Assembly: GCA_963575745.1 (NCBI GenBank)
Contig: CAUYUJ010000242.1
Span: 1 to 64,000 of the forward strand
Length of the DNA: 64,000 bases
Direction of reading: 5' to 3'
Source: Prorocentrum cordatum
Taxonomy: Eukaryota
Shown here in pieces: positions 8,033 to 18,399 of this stretch. Under the pieces are notes generated by a model. The model made no database searches. It saw nothing but the letters and a program-made list of their open reading frames with translations, and was not told the DNA's origin. Within the stretch, counting starts at the first letter, position 1. Every line of letters starts with the position of its first letter. Both the position numbers and the translations under genes were made by a program.

Positions 8033-9878
8033 GTGGGACGAAATAGCGCCTAAGGATCATGAGGCGTTCCAGGCCGCTGTGGAGAAGGAGTGGGATTCTT
8101 GGCTCCGCTACAAGTGCGTGTCGGTGCTGGAGCCAGAGGCCTCACAGGAAGTGTTGCGGACAGTGGACCGGAGTCGGATCCTCGGGAGCGACATGAAGCT
8201 CAAAGACAAAAATGCCGCCCTAAGGACGCCCGAAAATGATCTGCCGCTCAAGGCTAAAGCACGGTTGTGCGTGCAGGGCCAGCACGATCCCGACGCGAAG
8301 CTCGGAACAGTCAAGACGGACGCCCCCACGGTGCAGCGATCTGGGTTCCACGCCTTCCTGCAGCTATCGGCGAACTTGGGGTGGCTATCTCAGTTGGCCA
8401 TCGGTGACGTTTCCAGTGCGTTCCTGCAAGGGGAACCGCGCCAAGGGCAGGAACCGTTGTACATGCGCCAGCCCCGGGGCGGATTGCCGGGGTTGGAACC
8501 CGGACAGCTGCTGAAGATGGAAAAGGGCATATACGGGTTGCCCGACGCGCCGCGAGCGTGGTTCAATACGTTCCGCAGCGCCATGGTAGAGGAAATGGGG
8601 TGGAAACAATTGCAGCTCGACGTAGCTTTCTTCTGTTACTTTAGCGGCGATCGTCTCGCAGGTATGCTCATTGTGCACGTGGACGATTGCATGTTAGCCC
8701 ACGACGGCAGCGCCGAGATGCGTGCCAAGGAGGCGAGGCTGCGCGAACGTTTTCCTTTCGGGTCTTGGACGGTGGTCGCGCAGCAGGCCGAGGGAGATGT
8801 GTACACCGGTCGTCGGATCAGAGTGGACGGGTCATGCGTCGAAGTGGGAATGCCAGAGTTTGTCGAAGGGAGACTTGAGGAGGTGAAGGTCGACCGTCAG
8901 GCAAAAGGTGAGGACCCAGTGGGCCCCCTCGCGAAGGCTGAGTTTCAGTCAGCGACGGGGTCGCTCCACTGGCTGGCAAGCCAGTACCGTCTCGACAAAG
9001 CCTACGAGACAAACCGGTTTCAGAAATTGCAAAAGGCGCCCACTTGGTCCGACGCGAGAGAACTCAACAAGTGCATTCGAGACGTGAAAGCCAGCGGAGG
9101 CGCTCGGCTTCGGATCGCTCCCATTAAAGGGAGGATGGGCGTTGGCTGTTGGCACGACTCGTCCCTGTATGGGAATGTGAGCGAGCTCATTGAGGGAGAC
9201 GAGGACCTCAAACGGTTCGATCGCCATAAGGTGAGGTCCCAAGCCGGCGTGGTGGTGGCTGCCATCGACCTCGACTGCTTGGAGCAGGACGAGCTGCCGA
9301 TATCAATCCTGGACTGGCGAAGCCGAGCCAGTCATCGGGTGGTGACGTCGACGTTCTCGGCGGAGACGGCGGCGTGCCTAGAGGGCCACGGGATGGCCTA
9401 CTACATGCGGGCGTTGCTGTGTGAGGCAACCTACGGTTGGAGCGGTGCTCCTGTCGTGGAGTACGGTGAGGATGAAATGCCTCTCACGCTATTCACCGAC
9501 TGTCGTAGTCTGTACGACCACGTGAAGGTCGAAGGGGACATCCCCGACGATCGACACGATGCTGCGTGGCTCGCTGCGCTAAAATCTCTGGTCTCGTGCG
9601 GGCCACAACGGGGCGAAGAAAAGGCGGGGCTCAGGTGGCTCCCGAGCAGGTGGATGATTTCGGACGGGCTCACAAAAGGGGGATTGAGCGAACGGGTCCG
9701 GGAGTTCATGGAACAAAACCGTACGAGGGTCCATGAGGAAAGTGCCCAGGCAATCCGGAGGAGTCAGACAGTTAAACGGCCCCCGGGGGAAACCTCAGGT
9801 CAAAATCGGCGTCCGCCAGTCGGCCTTGTGGCCCGGGTCCAGGGCGATTGCGTAAATTTGTCCACACGGAGAAAATAA
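7662..9878 (+). CDS. Copia reverse transcriptase and RNase H (+1 frame relative to the upstream ORF)
   Basis: RT: KARLCVQG, DAPTV, GDVSSAFLQG, KGIYGLPDAPRAW, IVHVDD. RNase H: WHDSS, AETAA, TDCRSLYD, ISDGLTK. Confidence 0.95.
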   Translation: MIGAARCGASVRPGPELRWTRLRTTYEKHGGEWRCTEHRVRWAQLTNPRELLRPAADRMLVVFEEEKKRQREPTLATVEGPAAARRTGEAPSGASYQAHQVMTAYHRGTGSALLDRKTQDRELKWDEIAPKDHEAFQAAVEKEWDSWLRYKCVSVLEPEASQEVLRTVDRSRILGSDMKLKDKNAALRTPENDLPLKAKARLCVQGQHDPDAKLGTVKTDAPTVQRSGFHAFLQLSANLGWLSQLAIGDVSSAFLQGEPRQGQEPLYMRQPRGGLPGLEPGQLLKMEKGIYGLPDAPRAWFNTFRSAMVEEMGWKQLQLDVAFFCYFSGDRLAGMLIVHVDDCMLAHDGSAEMRAKEARLRERFPFGSWTVVAQQAEGDVYTGRRIRVDGSCVEVGMPEFVEGRLEEVKVDRQAKGEDPVGPLAKAEFQSATGSLHWLASQYRLDKAYETNRFQKLQKAPTWSDARELNKCIRDVKASGGARLRIAPIKGRMGVGCWHDSSLYGNVSELIEGDEDLKRFDRHKVRSQAGVVVAAIDLDCLEQDELPISILDWRSRASHRVVTSTFSAETAACLEGHGMAYYMRALLCEATYGWSGAPVVEYGEDEMPLTLFTDCRSLYDHVKVEGDIPDDRHDAAWLAALKSLVSCGPQRGEEKAGLRWLPSRWMISDGLTKGGLSERVREFMEQNRTRVHEESAQAIRRSQTVKRPPGETSGQNRRPPVGLVARVQGDCVNLSTRRK

Positions 9879-10039
9879 ATCGCACCCTGTTTGTTGATGC
9901 TGGTCTGCGTGCTGGCACGAGTGCGGGCGCTCAACTTGGGATTTCAACGTCTTTCGTCTCCGTTTCTAGCGCCGCCGTTTGTGCTCAAGCGGATAGTGCA
10001 TTGCCGGCGCGCGGCGCGGCCGGAGGCCGTGCGGACGCG

Positions 10040-11197
10040 ATGGATCGCGGCGCGAGTGGTGCCGGCTCCGACGCGGGGCATCGCAGCGGCCGCCGAGGCA
10101 AAGAGGCCCCGCGGCGCGGGGAGGAGCCGACGGCTCAGACCACGCGGAGCCGCAGCCGCGGTAAAGGAGAAGAACCCCCGCGGCGCGGGGAAGAGCGGCG
10201 GCGCTCGCCGGCGGAGCCAGCGGAGCCGGCGGAGCCAGCGAGGGTCGAGCGAAGGGCGACGCCCCCGAAACGCACGGGGCGCGGAGACGGTGGCGGCCCA
10301 GTGTGCTTCACCCGGCGCCACCTGGGGGGTGACGGGGAGAGTATCGAATCCTACCCGTCGGAGCACGCGGCGCTGAAGACGGCTGACCATTTCATGGTCT
10401 TCACGCAGCTGGAGGTGGACCAGCTGCCGAACTCGGAGTGGAGCCTATGGGTGTCTAACTTTCTCAGGGTGGCGTACCCTGGGGCACTGGTGCCCGGCAA
10501 GGACAGCGCCGAGGAGTTAGCGCACCGCTGGAACAACGCGGCGCACCAGGACGGCTTGAAGCACAAGCGCTGGACACTGGTGATGGACCTGCTCAAGACT
10601 TACCCGCTGGCAGCGACGTACTGGCAGGCGGCGGCGCAGCGGAGACTGACGGTCAGCATCCCGCCGCCAGCTGCAAGCGCACGGGATGCAAGCGCCAGAG
10701 ACTCAGACTCGGATTCGGAGTACAGTTCGGACGGAAAGCGCGCCGCGCCAGAGGTCGGCGCGAAGGCGCGGGCCGAGGTTGAGCACGACGAAAGGTCCTG
10801 CTCGGCGCGGCGCGCCAGGGCGGAGGAAGACTCGGAGGGCGACGACGGGTCGTCAGGCCGACGCTCTCGCCGACCGCCTCGCGCCCGGAGCCCGTCGCCG
10901 GAGGCGCACGTCGAGGAGCACAAGGGCGGCAAAGGCTCGAAGGGTGACAAGGGCAAGAAAGGCAAGGGCTCGAAGGGCGAGAAGGGCAAGGGCACCAAGG
11001 GCGGCAAGTCTAAGAAGGGGCCTCTGCCGGGGTCGATTCCCAGCGAAGTTCTCAACCCGAACATCTGCCGGCTCTGCTTCAAGGAGGGGCACTGGGGCAA
11101 CCAGTGCCCGGTGTACTACCAGGGCGGGACGCCGAAGGAGGGGCCGGCGCCCTGGGGGAAGCCGGCCGAAGCGCCAGACACGACGGCTCCGAAGTGA
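10040..11197 (+). CDS. Extra 3' ORF of the Copia element (385 aa): basic nucleic-acid-binding protein with a CCHC knuckle
   Basis: ATG at 10040; RS-rich N-terminus; central globular segment (HFMVFTQLEV..WSLWVSNFLRVAYP); KG-rich tract; CRLCFKEGHWGNQC (CX2CX4HX4C). It lies between the pol stop and the PPT. Confidence 0.8.
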   Translation: MDRGASGAGSDAGHRSGRRGKEAPRRGEEPTAQTTRSRSRGKGEEPPRRGEERRRSPAEPAEPAEPARVERRATPPKRTGRGDGGGPVCFTRRHLGGDGESIESYPSEHAALKTADHFMVFTQLEVDQLPNSEWSLWVSNFLRVAYPGALVPGKDSAEELAHRWNNAAHQDGLKHKRWTLVMDLLKTYPLAATYWQAAAQRRLTVSIPPPAASARDASARDSDSDSEYSSDGKRAAPEVGAKARAEVEHDERSCSARRARAEEDSEGDDGSSGRRSRRPPRARSPSPEAHVEEHKGGKGSKGDKGKKGKGSKGEKGKGTKGGKSKKGPLPGSIPSEVLNPNICRLCFKEGHWGNQCPVYYQGGTPKEGPAPWGKPAEAPDTTAPK

Positions 11198-11397
11198 GGG
11201 CGGCTCACCAAACCATGGCGGTGCCATGCGAGTCCGGGCCGTTTTGGTCCCCAGGAGCCCGGCCTCCGAGTAGCGGCGGTGCCGCTGCGCGAGCGGCGCT
11301 CGCAGAGACACAGCCGTAAGTGTTGTGCGTCGCGGCCATTTTGGCCCACAGTGAGCCCGGTCGACGGTGTCGACCGGGCGGAGTACCCGCAGGACCC

Positions 11398-11421
11398 AGG
11401 AGGGAGCTGGAGAGGTAGCAG
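11398..11421 (+). promoter_or_regulatory. Polypurine tract
   Basis: Purine-rich AGGAGGGAGCTGGAGAGGTAGCAG directly abuts the 3' LTR. Confidence 0.7.
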
Positions 11422-11566
11422 TGTTGAAGTTGACTCCTGCTATGCTCTCCCGCAGCCGTTTCGGCCCTGGCGGCCCCGACGAGAGGTCGGAGGGGCTGTT
11501 TAGGGCAACATGCCGGGCGCTGCTTGCCCACCTGCGCGTGAGGAAAAACATATCTTCACATCGACA
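11422..11566 (+). repeat. 3' LTR (145 bp)
   Basis: Direct repeat of 1535-1679, followed by the TSD CGTAT. Confidence 0.97.
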
Positions 11567-12100
11567 CGTATCAACAACACGTACACACAGACACGTGAGC
11601 GCCACACGCACATACAACACGTACAAACAACACCACGTAAAATCGATAGGTCAAACAAACAGTAAAACAATACGTACACACAATACGTAAACACAACACG
11701 TAAAAAACAACACAACACCACGTAAAAACACTCGAAGGCACCACGTCGAGACAAAACGTACAATAACACACGTGAACGCAGCATGTAGATGCAATACGTA
11801 CAAACACCATCACGTAAACAAACAACACGATAACACAACACGTACACACAACATCACGTACAACGAACACGATAATTCATGTACACGCAGCCCGATAACA
11901 CAACACGTGCGAACAACACCACACAGAAACAGCACGAGAACACAACACGTGCAAACACAACCACGTAAACACACCACGAGACACCACGAAACAAAAACAA
12001 CAACACGATAACACAACACGTACAAACAAAACCATGTAAACAACATAACAACAACTCGTACAAACAACACGTACAAACAACGCGTACAAACAACACGAAA
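11567..12100 (+). repeat. AC-rich ACGT satellite, left arm part 2
   Basis: Same AACACGT/ACAAACAA units as 879-1534. Confidence 0.85.
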
Positions 12101-12126
12101 TCAAGAGCGAAGATGGGGTCGAGGGT

Positions 12127-12484
12127 TCCTTCCCTCCTCCTCCTCCTCCTCCTCCTCCTCCCCCTCCTCCTCCCTCCTCTTCCTCCTCCTCCTCATCCTC
12201 CTCTTCCTCCTCCTCCTTTTCCTCCTCCTCCTCCTCTTCCTCCTCCTCCCTCCTCCCTCCTCCCTCCTCCTTCCTCCCTCCTCCCTCCTCCTTCCTCCTC
12301 CTCCCTGTTTCTCCCCCTCCTCATCCTCCTCCGACTCATCACCGCCCTTTTCCTCCTCCTCCTCCTCCTCCCTTCTCCTCCCTACTCCTCCTCCCTCCTT
12401 CCTCCCGCCTCCTCCTCCCTCCTCCTCCTGCTCCTCCTCCTCCCCCTCCTCCCACCCTCGCCCTCCTCCTCATCATCCTCCTCC
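12127..12484. repeat. Degenerate (CCT)n microsatellite
   Basis: Near-pure C/T trinucleotide tract. Confidence 0.9.
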
Positions 12485-12580
12485 GTTATGCTTACGTTTT
12501 GTTTTTACGTGTTGTTTTGATGTGTTGTGTGTACGCGTTGCTTTTACGTGTGTTAAACGCAATGTTACGTGTATTTCGCG

Positions 12581-15049
12581 TGAGGCCCAGTGGCACGACC
12601 CCCTCTAAAAGTGTCGTTCAGTTCGTCGCCCGTGCGTCGCCCGTGCGCCGGCCCTAGTTTGCGTCTTTGTCCCAAATCCGGGCTTCCCACAGTGCGCGGG
12701 CGACATGTGGCGCGACTTCGGAATGTCGCTTGCGACGTATGGGTTTCCGACGCTGGCGCAGCAGCAGCCAGTCTGGCGGCCGTGGCGCACGCATAGTTCG
12801 GCGGTCCGCCAACGCGCTGTGTTTCACACTCGGCACAAAAAGGATTCGCTGGTGCGTCTTTTCGGGCAGCGCCAACCGTAACTGCGGACGAAGACGCCTC
12901 GCGTTGATCGGGGGCTGCGCGCGTCGCGCCATGGCGGGAGTGACGTCACGTCGCGCGACGCGGCGCCACTTCGCCCCGCCGCATCGCGCCCCGCGCCCCC
13001 ATGTTGTTTCGCGCCAGTTCTCCCCCCCCCTCCCCCCTTCCCTTCGTCGAGCGCGCTGCGCGTCTTGTCCCGCTTGCGACATTATATGAAGTTTGTCGTT
13101 GTGTCAGGCTGCCGTCTTGTCCCCCCTCCCTACTCACCCCCTTGTTGTCCTTCCACCCTCCTGGAACTTCCCTCTCGCCATCCTCGCCCCCGCCGCCCCC
13201 CTTCTATTGCATCCCATCGCTCCCGCCGCTGCTGCGCCGTCCCCGCGCGCCTCCTCCTTGCCCGTCCGTTCCCTTCTCCGCCCGCCCTTCCCCCGCCTCA
13301 ATTCCCCCCTCGTTCTCCCCCCACTCCATCGGCGGGCGAGACGTCGCCAAGTTGTTGCAGCGACGAATCGATGTTCAAATTCTGACGGGGCGCGCGCGCT
13401 TGAAATCGATCCCCCCGCGCGCGCTGCATCTCCATGGCGTATGCTGTTTTTTCGTGCTCTGTTCTCACGTGCGTGTCTTGCTCTTGTTGCGATTGTTGCG
13501 CGCATTCCTGGATCGATTCGCCAGTGGGCCGCGCACTTCACGCGCCGTCAGAAGTCCACGGCGCCCTTCGAACGATTCGCGCGCGACCTGCGCGCGACGC
13601 ACAAACGGCCCGAGCGACGCACGCGCGACGCGCGCGAAATGCGCGCGCGACACGCGCGCGGCGCACCCCGACACGCGCGCGACGGCCCCCGCCGGCGCGC
13701 GACGCCAAAGCGATCCGCGCGACGCACGCGCGACGCACGCGCCGCGAGCGCGAAGCAAGCGCGACGCACGCGCGACGCACGCGCGACGCACCCACGACGC
13801 ACGCGCGACGCACGCGCGACGCATGCGCGACGCAGTCTCGACCTTGCCCGCCCCTTGTTTTTCTCCGAACAATAATGCGCAGCGGACGTCGGCCCGCCGT
13901 GCTTGCGCTGCTCGCGAGTGGCGGCGGCAGCGTCTTCATTTGCGCCAGGAAGGCCCGTGCTTCGCCCCTCTTCCTTTCCTTCCTCGTTTCTCGTCGTCCC
14001 TCCTCATTCGTTTCTCCTCCTCCTTCGTCATCCCACCTGCCTCCTCTCCCCCTCTCCCCCCTTTCCTCTCCCTTTTTCCCCGCCCCCCATCTGCCCCCCC
14101 TTCCCCCCGCCTCTCGTATTTGTTTTACTCCCCTGTGCCATCCCCTGCCCCTCTGCATTTTCGTTATTCTCCTTCGGCCCCCCCCCGCGGCCGCGGCGCG
14201 AGGCCGCGAAAAGGCGCCCCCGCCATGCGCGAAAGTCCCCGCCGTTGGCGCTGGAAGAGGGGGATCATGAGGAGGGGGGGAGAGGTGGGGGGAGGGGGCA
14301 GGGGCGCGAGGCGAGCGCGGCGGCAAGGGCGGCCCAGCAGGCGAAAGGGGGGGAGGGGGCAGGACGCAGTGAGTGGGTGCTTTTGTGGTGGTCATGTTGG
14401 TGATCACGGTCGCGGTCGCGGTTGTCGCCTTGGTCGCGATGGCGGTGGTCGCGCTGCTGGTGTGGTGGGCGGGCTGGCGGTGGTCACGTTGGTGATCGTG
14501 CTGGTGTCGGTCGTTGCGGTTGTCGCGAAATGCGCGGTGGTCATGGCGGTGGTGGCGGTAAAAGTGACGGTTAATATCTTCGCTGTGGACGCGGTTGCGG
14601 TCGTGGCCGTTTGTGATGATCGTGGCGGTGGTAGTCATGGCGTTGGCGGTTGTTGCGGCGGCCATGGTAGCGGTTGCGGGGACTTGCCTAGCACTCGAGT
14701 GCCCGAGTGCGTTCAGCAGTGTCGCGGATTGCTGATCTGCCGAGGTAACCCAGCAGCCGCCTTTTTCCAAAAGAGGCCGCTGCCTGGACGACTTTCTTGT
14801 TTTCCGCAGGCGACCGGCTTTTTCGGCGGCTGTGGAGCGGGCGACGCGCGTGCGATCCGCCCCGTGGGTGCCCGCCACGCTGGCGACGCACTCGCCAAAA
14901 TGCTCCCTTGCGAAGGCGACGCGCGCGTTCGCGAGGGCGGCCCGCCTATTCGGCGGCCGACGCACGGGCGGCGCACGGGCGACGAAGGCGCGACGCACCC
15001 CATGTCGCCAAGGGGGGGGTCAGCACGCCGGTCGTTTTACTGGGCCTCA
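12581..15049. mobile_element. ~2.5-kb non-coding TIR element inserted in the GT-rich satellite arm
   Basis: TGAGGCCCAGTGGCACGACC vs GGTCGTTTTACTGGGCCTCA (17/20 inverted). Subterminal inverted match between TTCGTCGCCCGTGCGTCGCCCGTGCGCCGGCC (~12622) and ~14955-14987 (30/32). Internal CGCGCGACG repeats; the same satellite lies on both flanks. Confidence 0.65.
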
Positions 15050-15054
15050 ACAGC

Positions 15055-16116
15055 TTCGCGGTGTGATTACGTGCTGTTGCATGTTAGGTTGGCTGCATAT
15101 TGTTTTACGTGATGCGCTTACGTGTTGTTTTGATATGTTGTGTTAACGTGTTGTTATGCGTTGCGCATTGTGTTGCGTAGTGGTTTACGTATTGTTTTCT
15201 TCACGGTTAATTTAAAATTTCGTTGCGTTTACGTATTGGTTTACGTGCTGCTCGTACGTGTTACTACGTGTTGTTTACGTACTGTGTTACGTGTTGGTTT
15301 GCGTGTTGTTTGTTTGTGTGCGTGTGTGTTTTCGCGTTGTTTTAACGTGTGTTTTACGTTGGTGTGAACGGGTTCTCACGTGTATTGCGCGTTGTGTTTA
15401 CGTCGTGCTTGCGCGTTGTGACCGCGTGCTGTTTTAACGTATTGTTTTCACGTATTGTTTTTACGAGTTAGTTTTTCGTATTGGTTTACGTTTTGTTTTG
15501 CGCATTAGTTTCACGTGTTGTTTTGACGTGCTGTTTTTACGTGTTGCTTTACGTGTTGTGTTTACATGTTGTTTTCTTATCACGTTCACGTTTTGATTGT
15601 TTACGTGTTGTTATTGCGTGTTGTTTTGAAGGGTTTGTAACGCGACTGTTTGTTTCACCTGTTGAATTGCGTACTGTTTTACGCATTGTTTTCCTCACGG
15701 TAAATGAAACCTTCGTTGCATTTACGTATTGATTTACGTGCTGCGCGTACGTGTTGTTACGCGTTGGTTTACGCATTGTGTTACGTGTTGTTTTTACGTG
15801 TTGTTTTAACGCGGGTTGAACGCATACTCGCGTGTATTACGCGTTCTGCGTACGTAAACATCACGCGTTGTGGTCACGCGTTGGTTTAACATAGTGTTGT
15901 TTTACGTTTTGTTTTTCATGCGTTGTTATATTCATACCGATTATATGTAGTGTTTGTACGTATTGTTTTAAGTGTTGTTGTTTTTGCGTGTTGTTTTTTG
16001 TTTGCGGATTGTTTTGCGTGTTGTTTTACGTATTGTTTTGTACGTGTTGTTTTCTTCTCACGTTTACGTATCGTTGTTGTACGTATTGTGTGTACGTGTT
16101 GTTTTTCCTCACGGTT
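15055..16116 (-). repeat. GT-rich ACGT satellite (reverse-complement orientation of 879-1534/11567-12100), right arm; a further piece lies at 12486-12580
   Basis: ACGTGTT/TTACGTATTG units; ends in TTTCCTCACGGTT, the reverse complement of the left-arm head motif. Confidence 0.85.
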
Positions 16117-17449
16117 CGATTAAATTTTCGGGTGGAGCTTCTGGGGGTAGAGTTTATTCGGTTTTCGTGGGGTCTGAGTTTCAACCGTCTTCTTGAGGGT
16201 GAAGCTTCTGAGGATGAAGCTGCTGAGGATGGAGGTTCTGAGGGGCCGCTGGGGGGCCTGAGCTTCAACAGTCTTTCTCAGGATGGAGTTTCTAGGACAA
16301 GGTTTCTGCGGATCAAGTATCTGGGCCAAGATTTTGCATGATATCGCTCCTAAGGCATAGTATAATGACGGGTAGTCGTCGTAGTCGTAGTCGCAATCGT
16401 AGTTGTAGTTGTCGGTGTCGTTGTTGCGCGGCGCGTGCCGCGTGGGAAAGATACTAAGTTCCCCCCAGAACACCAATCCGTGAATGAGGCAGCCGATAAA
16501 ATATGTTTCTTGCACCTTATTTGGTGGGTTCTAAAGACCTTTAGAGGGTAAGGGCCACTTGGGGCTCAGGAGCTGACGAGGGGCTTTGCTTTTTGGACCG
16601 CATCTCAGGTCTAGGTCGGGGAACACTATCGTGGTCGCCACGGCCGGAAACGCTTCTTCATTTCTTAGGTTTTGCGTTCTTGACTTTGGGCTGGCAAATC
16701 TTCACATCGGCCTGTGCATGTTTTACCCGGTTCAATTCGGCAGTGTGGAGATATTGATCTTGGCGCCCTCATACCTCAACAGACACATTGAACATATGCA
16801 TATAATACGTTGCGTTCTCGGGCTCGTGGTGGCTGCCCAAGCGTGGCCGTGGGCTTTCGGGCTTGTGCTGGACCTTTGTTTGAGTGTTTCGTTGTGTTTG
16901 CACCGTGCCAGGATTGTCCCCGCTCCCCTGACCGGCTTTGCGCCGGCAAGCCCGTCCCAGGATATTCTTCGCCCCCCACGGTATCTACCACAAGGGGACA
17001 CGTGATAACGCTAAAAGAATTACCCGAACACGAGTTTGGAAAGAAACGCTTTATCCGCGTTTTAAATCTGCCAGAGTTCAGCTAGAGCCCCTGCAACAAA
17101 ACACACAACTAAATCCCCAAGGTTTGTTAAATGGATGAGCCAGGCCTATTGGCGCATGGGCTTTCCGCTGGCTGTTCCGCTAAAGTTCAACATGCGGGCT
17201 GCCATCTCGTCGGATCTTTGTCCACGCGCGTTCTTTGTCGAGACCAAGAGAGTCTTCGCGCGTGCCTCCAGGCATACGCCCCACGTAAGGAAAGCAAGAT
17301 ACACGCGAGACGTACCGTTATAAAGTCTGAAGTGCCGCGTCCGTCCGCTCCACGGGTCTCCCCTCCCATCTCGGGCGACAGGTTCGCGGCGCAAGGGCCA
17401 GCATTGTCGGGTGATGGGTTGGCGATGTTTTGGAGGCGCAAGGGCCAGC

Positions 17450-17649
17450 CAATGTCGGGTCGGACGAAAGGCGGAGATAGGGAAAGAGCGGGTTACGAAA
17501 TCTGCCACATGCAGTTGGTTTCGGCCCTGCTGCCTGGCGCCCTTCGTTAGCGTTGCCCAGTGCTGGGAGCCGCCTTGGAAGACCAGCTACTTGAGCTGAT
17601 TCGCGAATTCCCCTTTCTACAACCCCGCACTTCGTCCGACCTGACAGTG
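17450..17649. mobile_element. MITE-like element, copy 2
   Basis: CAATGTCGGGTCGGACGAA ... TTCGTCCGACCTGACAGTG (17/19 inverted); interior homologous to 146-341. Confidence 0.7.
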
Positions 17650-18399
17650 TTCCTCGCAGGTGTTTTTTCTCCCCCAGCCCCTGACTCTTCGACGGAAAAT
17701 GAAGCCGCTCAGAAAGGACCGAAACCCTGGGATACACCGCAAGGGGGCTTTTCGGACGCACCCCTATCGAGGATGGTTGCCCCCCCATCGTATATCCCAC
17801 GGTTGGGCCCCAAATGTTTGGTCCATTCAAAACTCCACGAAGCTTGGGATAGGGGTCGCCATATCCCCTGTCAGTTCCCGCTTGCATGTTCAGAGTTCAG
17901 CGCTGGAATGAGCTGCTCTGCCGCGACGCTGCTCTGCTCTGCCCCTCGTTGCCGTTCCCCTGTGAGCCTGTTTCCCCGCATAGGGAGTCCTGCCCGTCGC
18001 CCGAGGCTTTGTCGACAGGAGTTTCCCAGTGCCGGAGGGAGGAAAAGCGACACCAACACCACCAGGGGGCCCACCTCCAGCGAGGAGGTCCACGACGCCT
18101 CCCCGAGCTGGAGGCCCGGGATGTCTCGAGCGAGAGGGGGGACCACACCACCAGGGAGACCCCCTTTGCCTCCTCGCATCTCCTCGCCCCGGTGGTGTTG
18201 GTGTCGCCGTTCCTTGTCCCTACAGTGTTGGCAATTGTGCCGCTCATTGCTGTCGAGGCTGATCTTATTCGTTGCCCTTGGGATTGTGAACAGCGTCCAG
18301 GGTATATGCGATGGGTGTAGGAAAGCGTACGTGCGCATAGCGAAGAACGGCACATCAGGATGATATGGCATGCAGGTCGTCAGCTTGGGGATGGGCCAT

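Larger units (their letters stand above)
1535..11566 (+). mobile_element. Full-length Ty1/Copia-type LTR retrotransposon (10,032 bp)
   Basis: Two 145-bp LTRs (TGTTGA...TCGACA) are 144/145 identical. The 5-bp TSD CGTAT lies at 1530-1534 and 11567-11571. PBS and PPT are present, and the domain order is gag-PR-IN-RT-RH. Confidence 0.97.

Noticed and set aside
10040..11197. Envelope gene in the env position
   Set aside because: No signal peptide or transmembrane helix; the protein is basic and has a zinc knuckle.
13001..15112. 703-aa ORF as a transposase of the TIR element
   Set aside because: It consists of translated low-complexity tracts (CCT, CGCGA, GGT) with no catalytic motifs.
16130..17330. 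Short TTCTGAGGATG repeats, (GTAGTC)n and possible ORF fragments
   Set aside because: Too degenerate to assign; no recognisable domain or termini.
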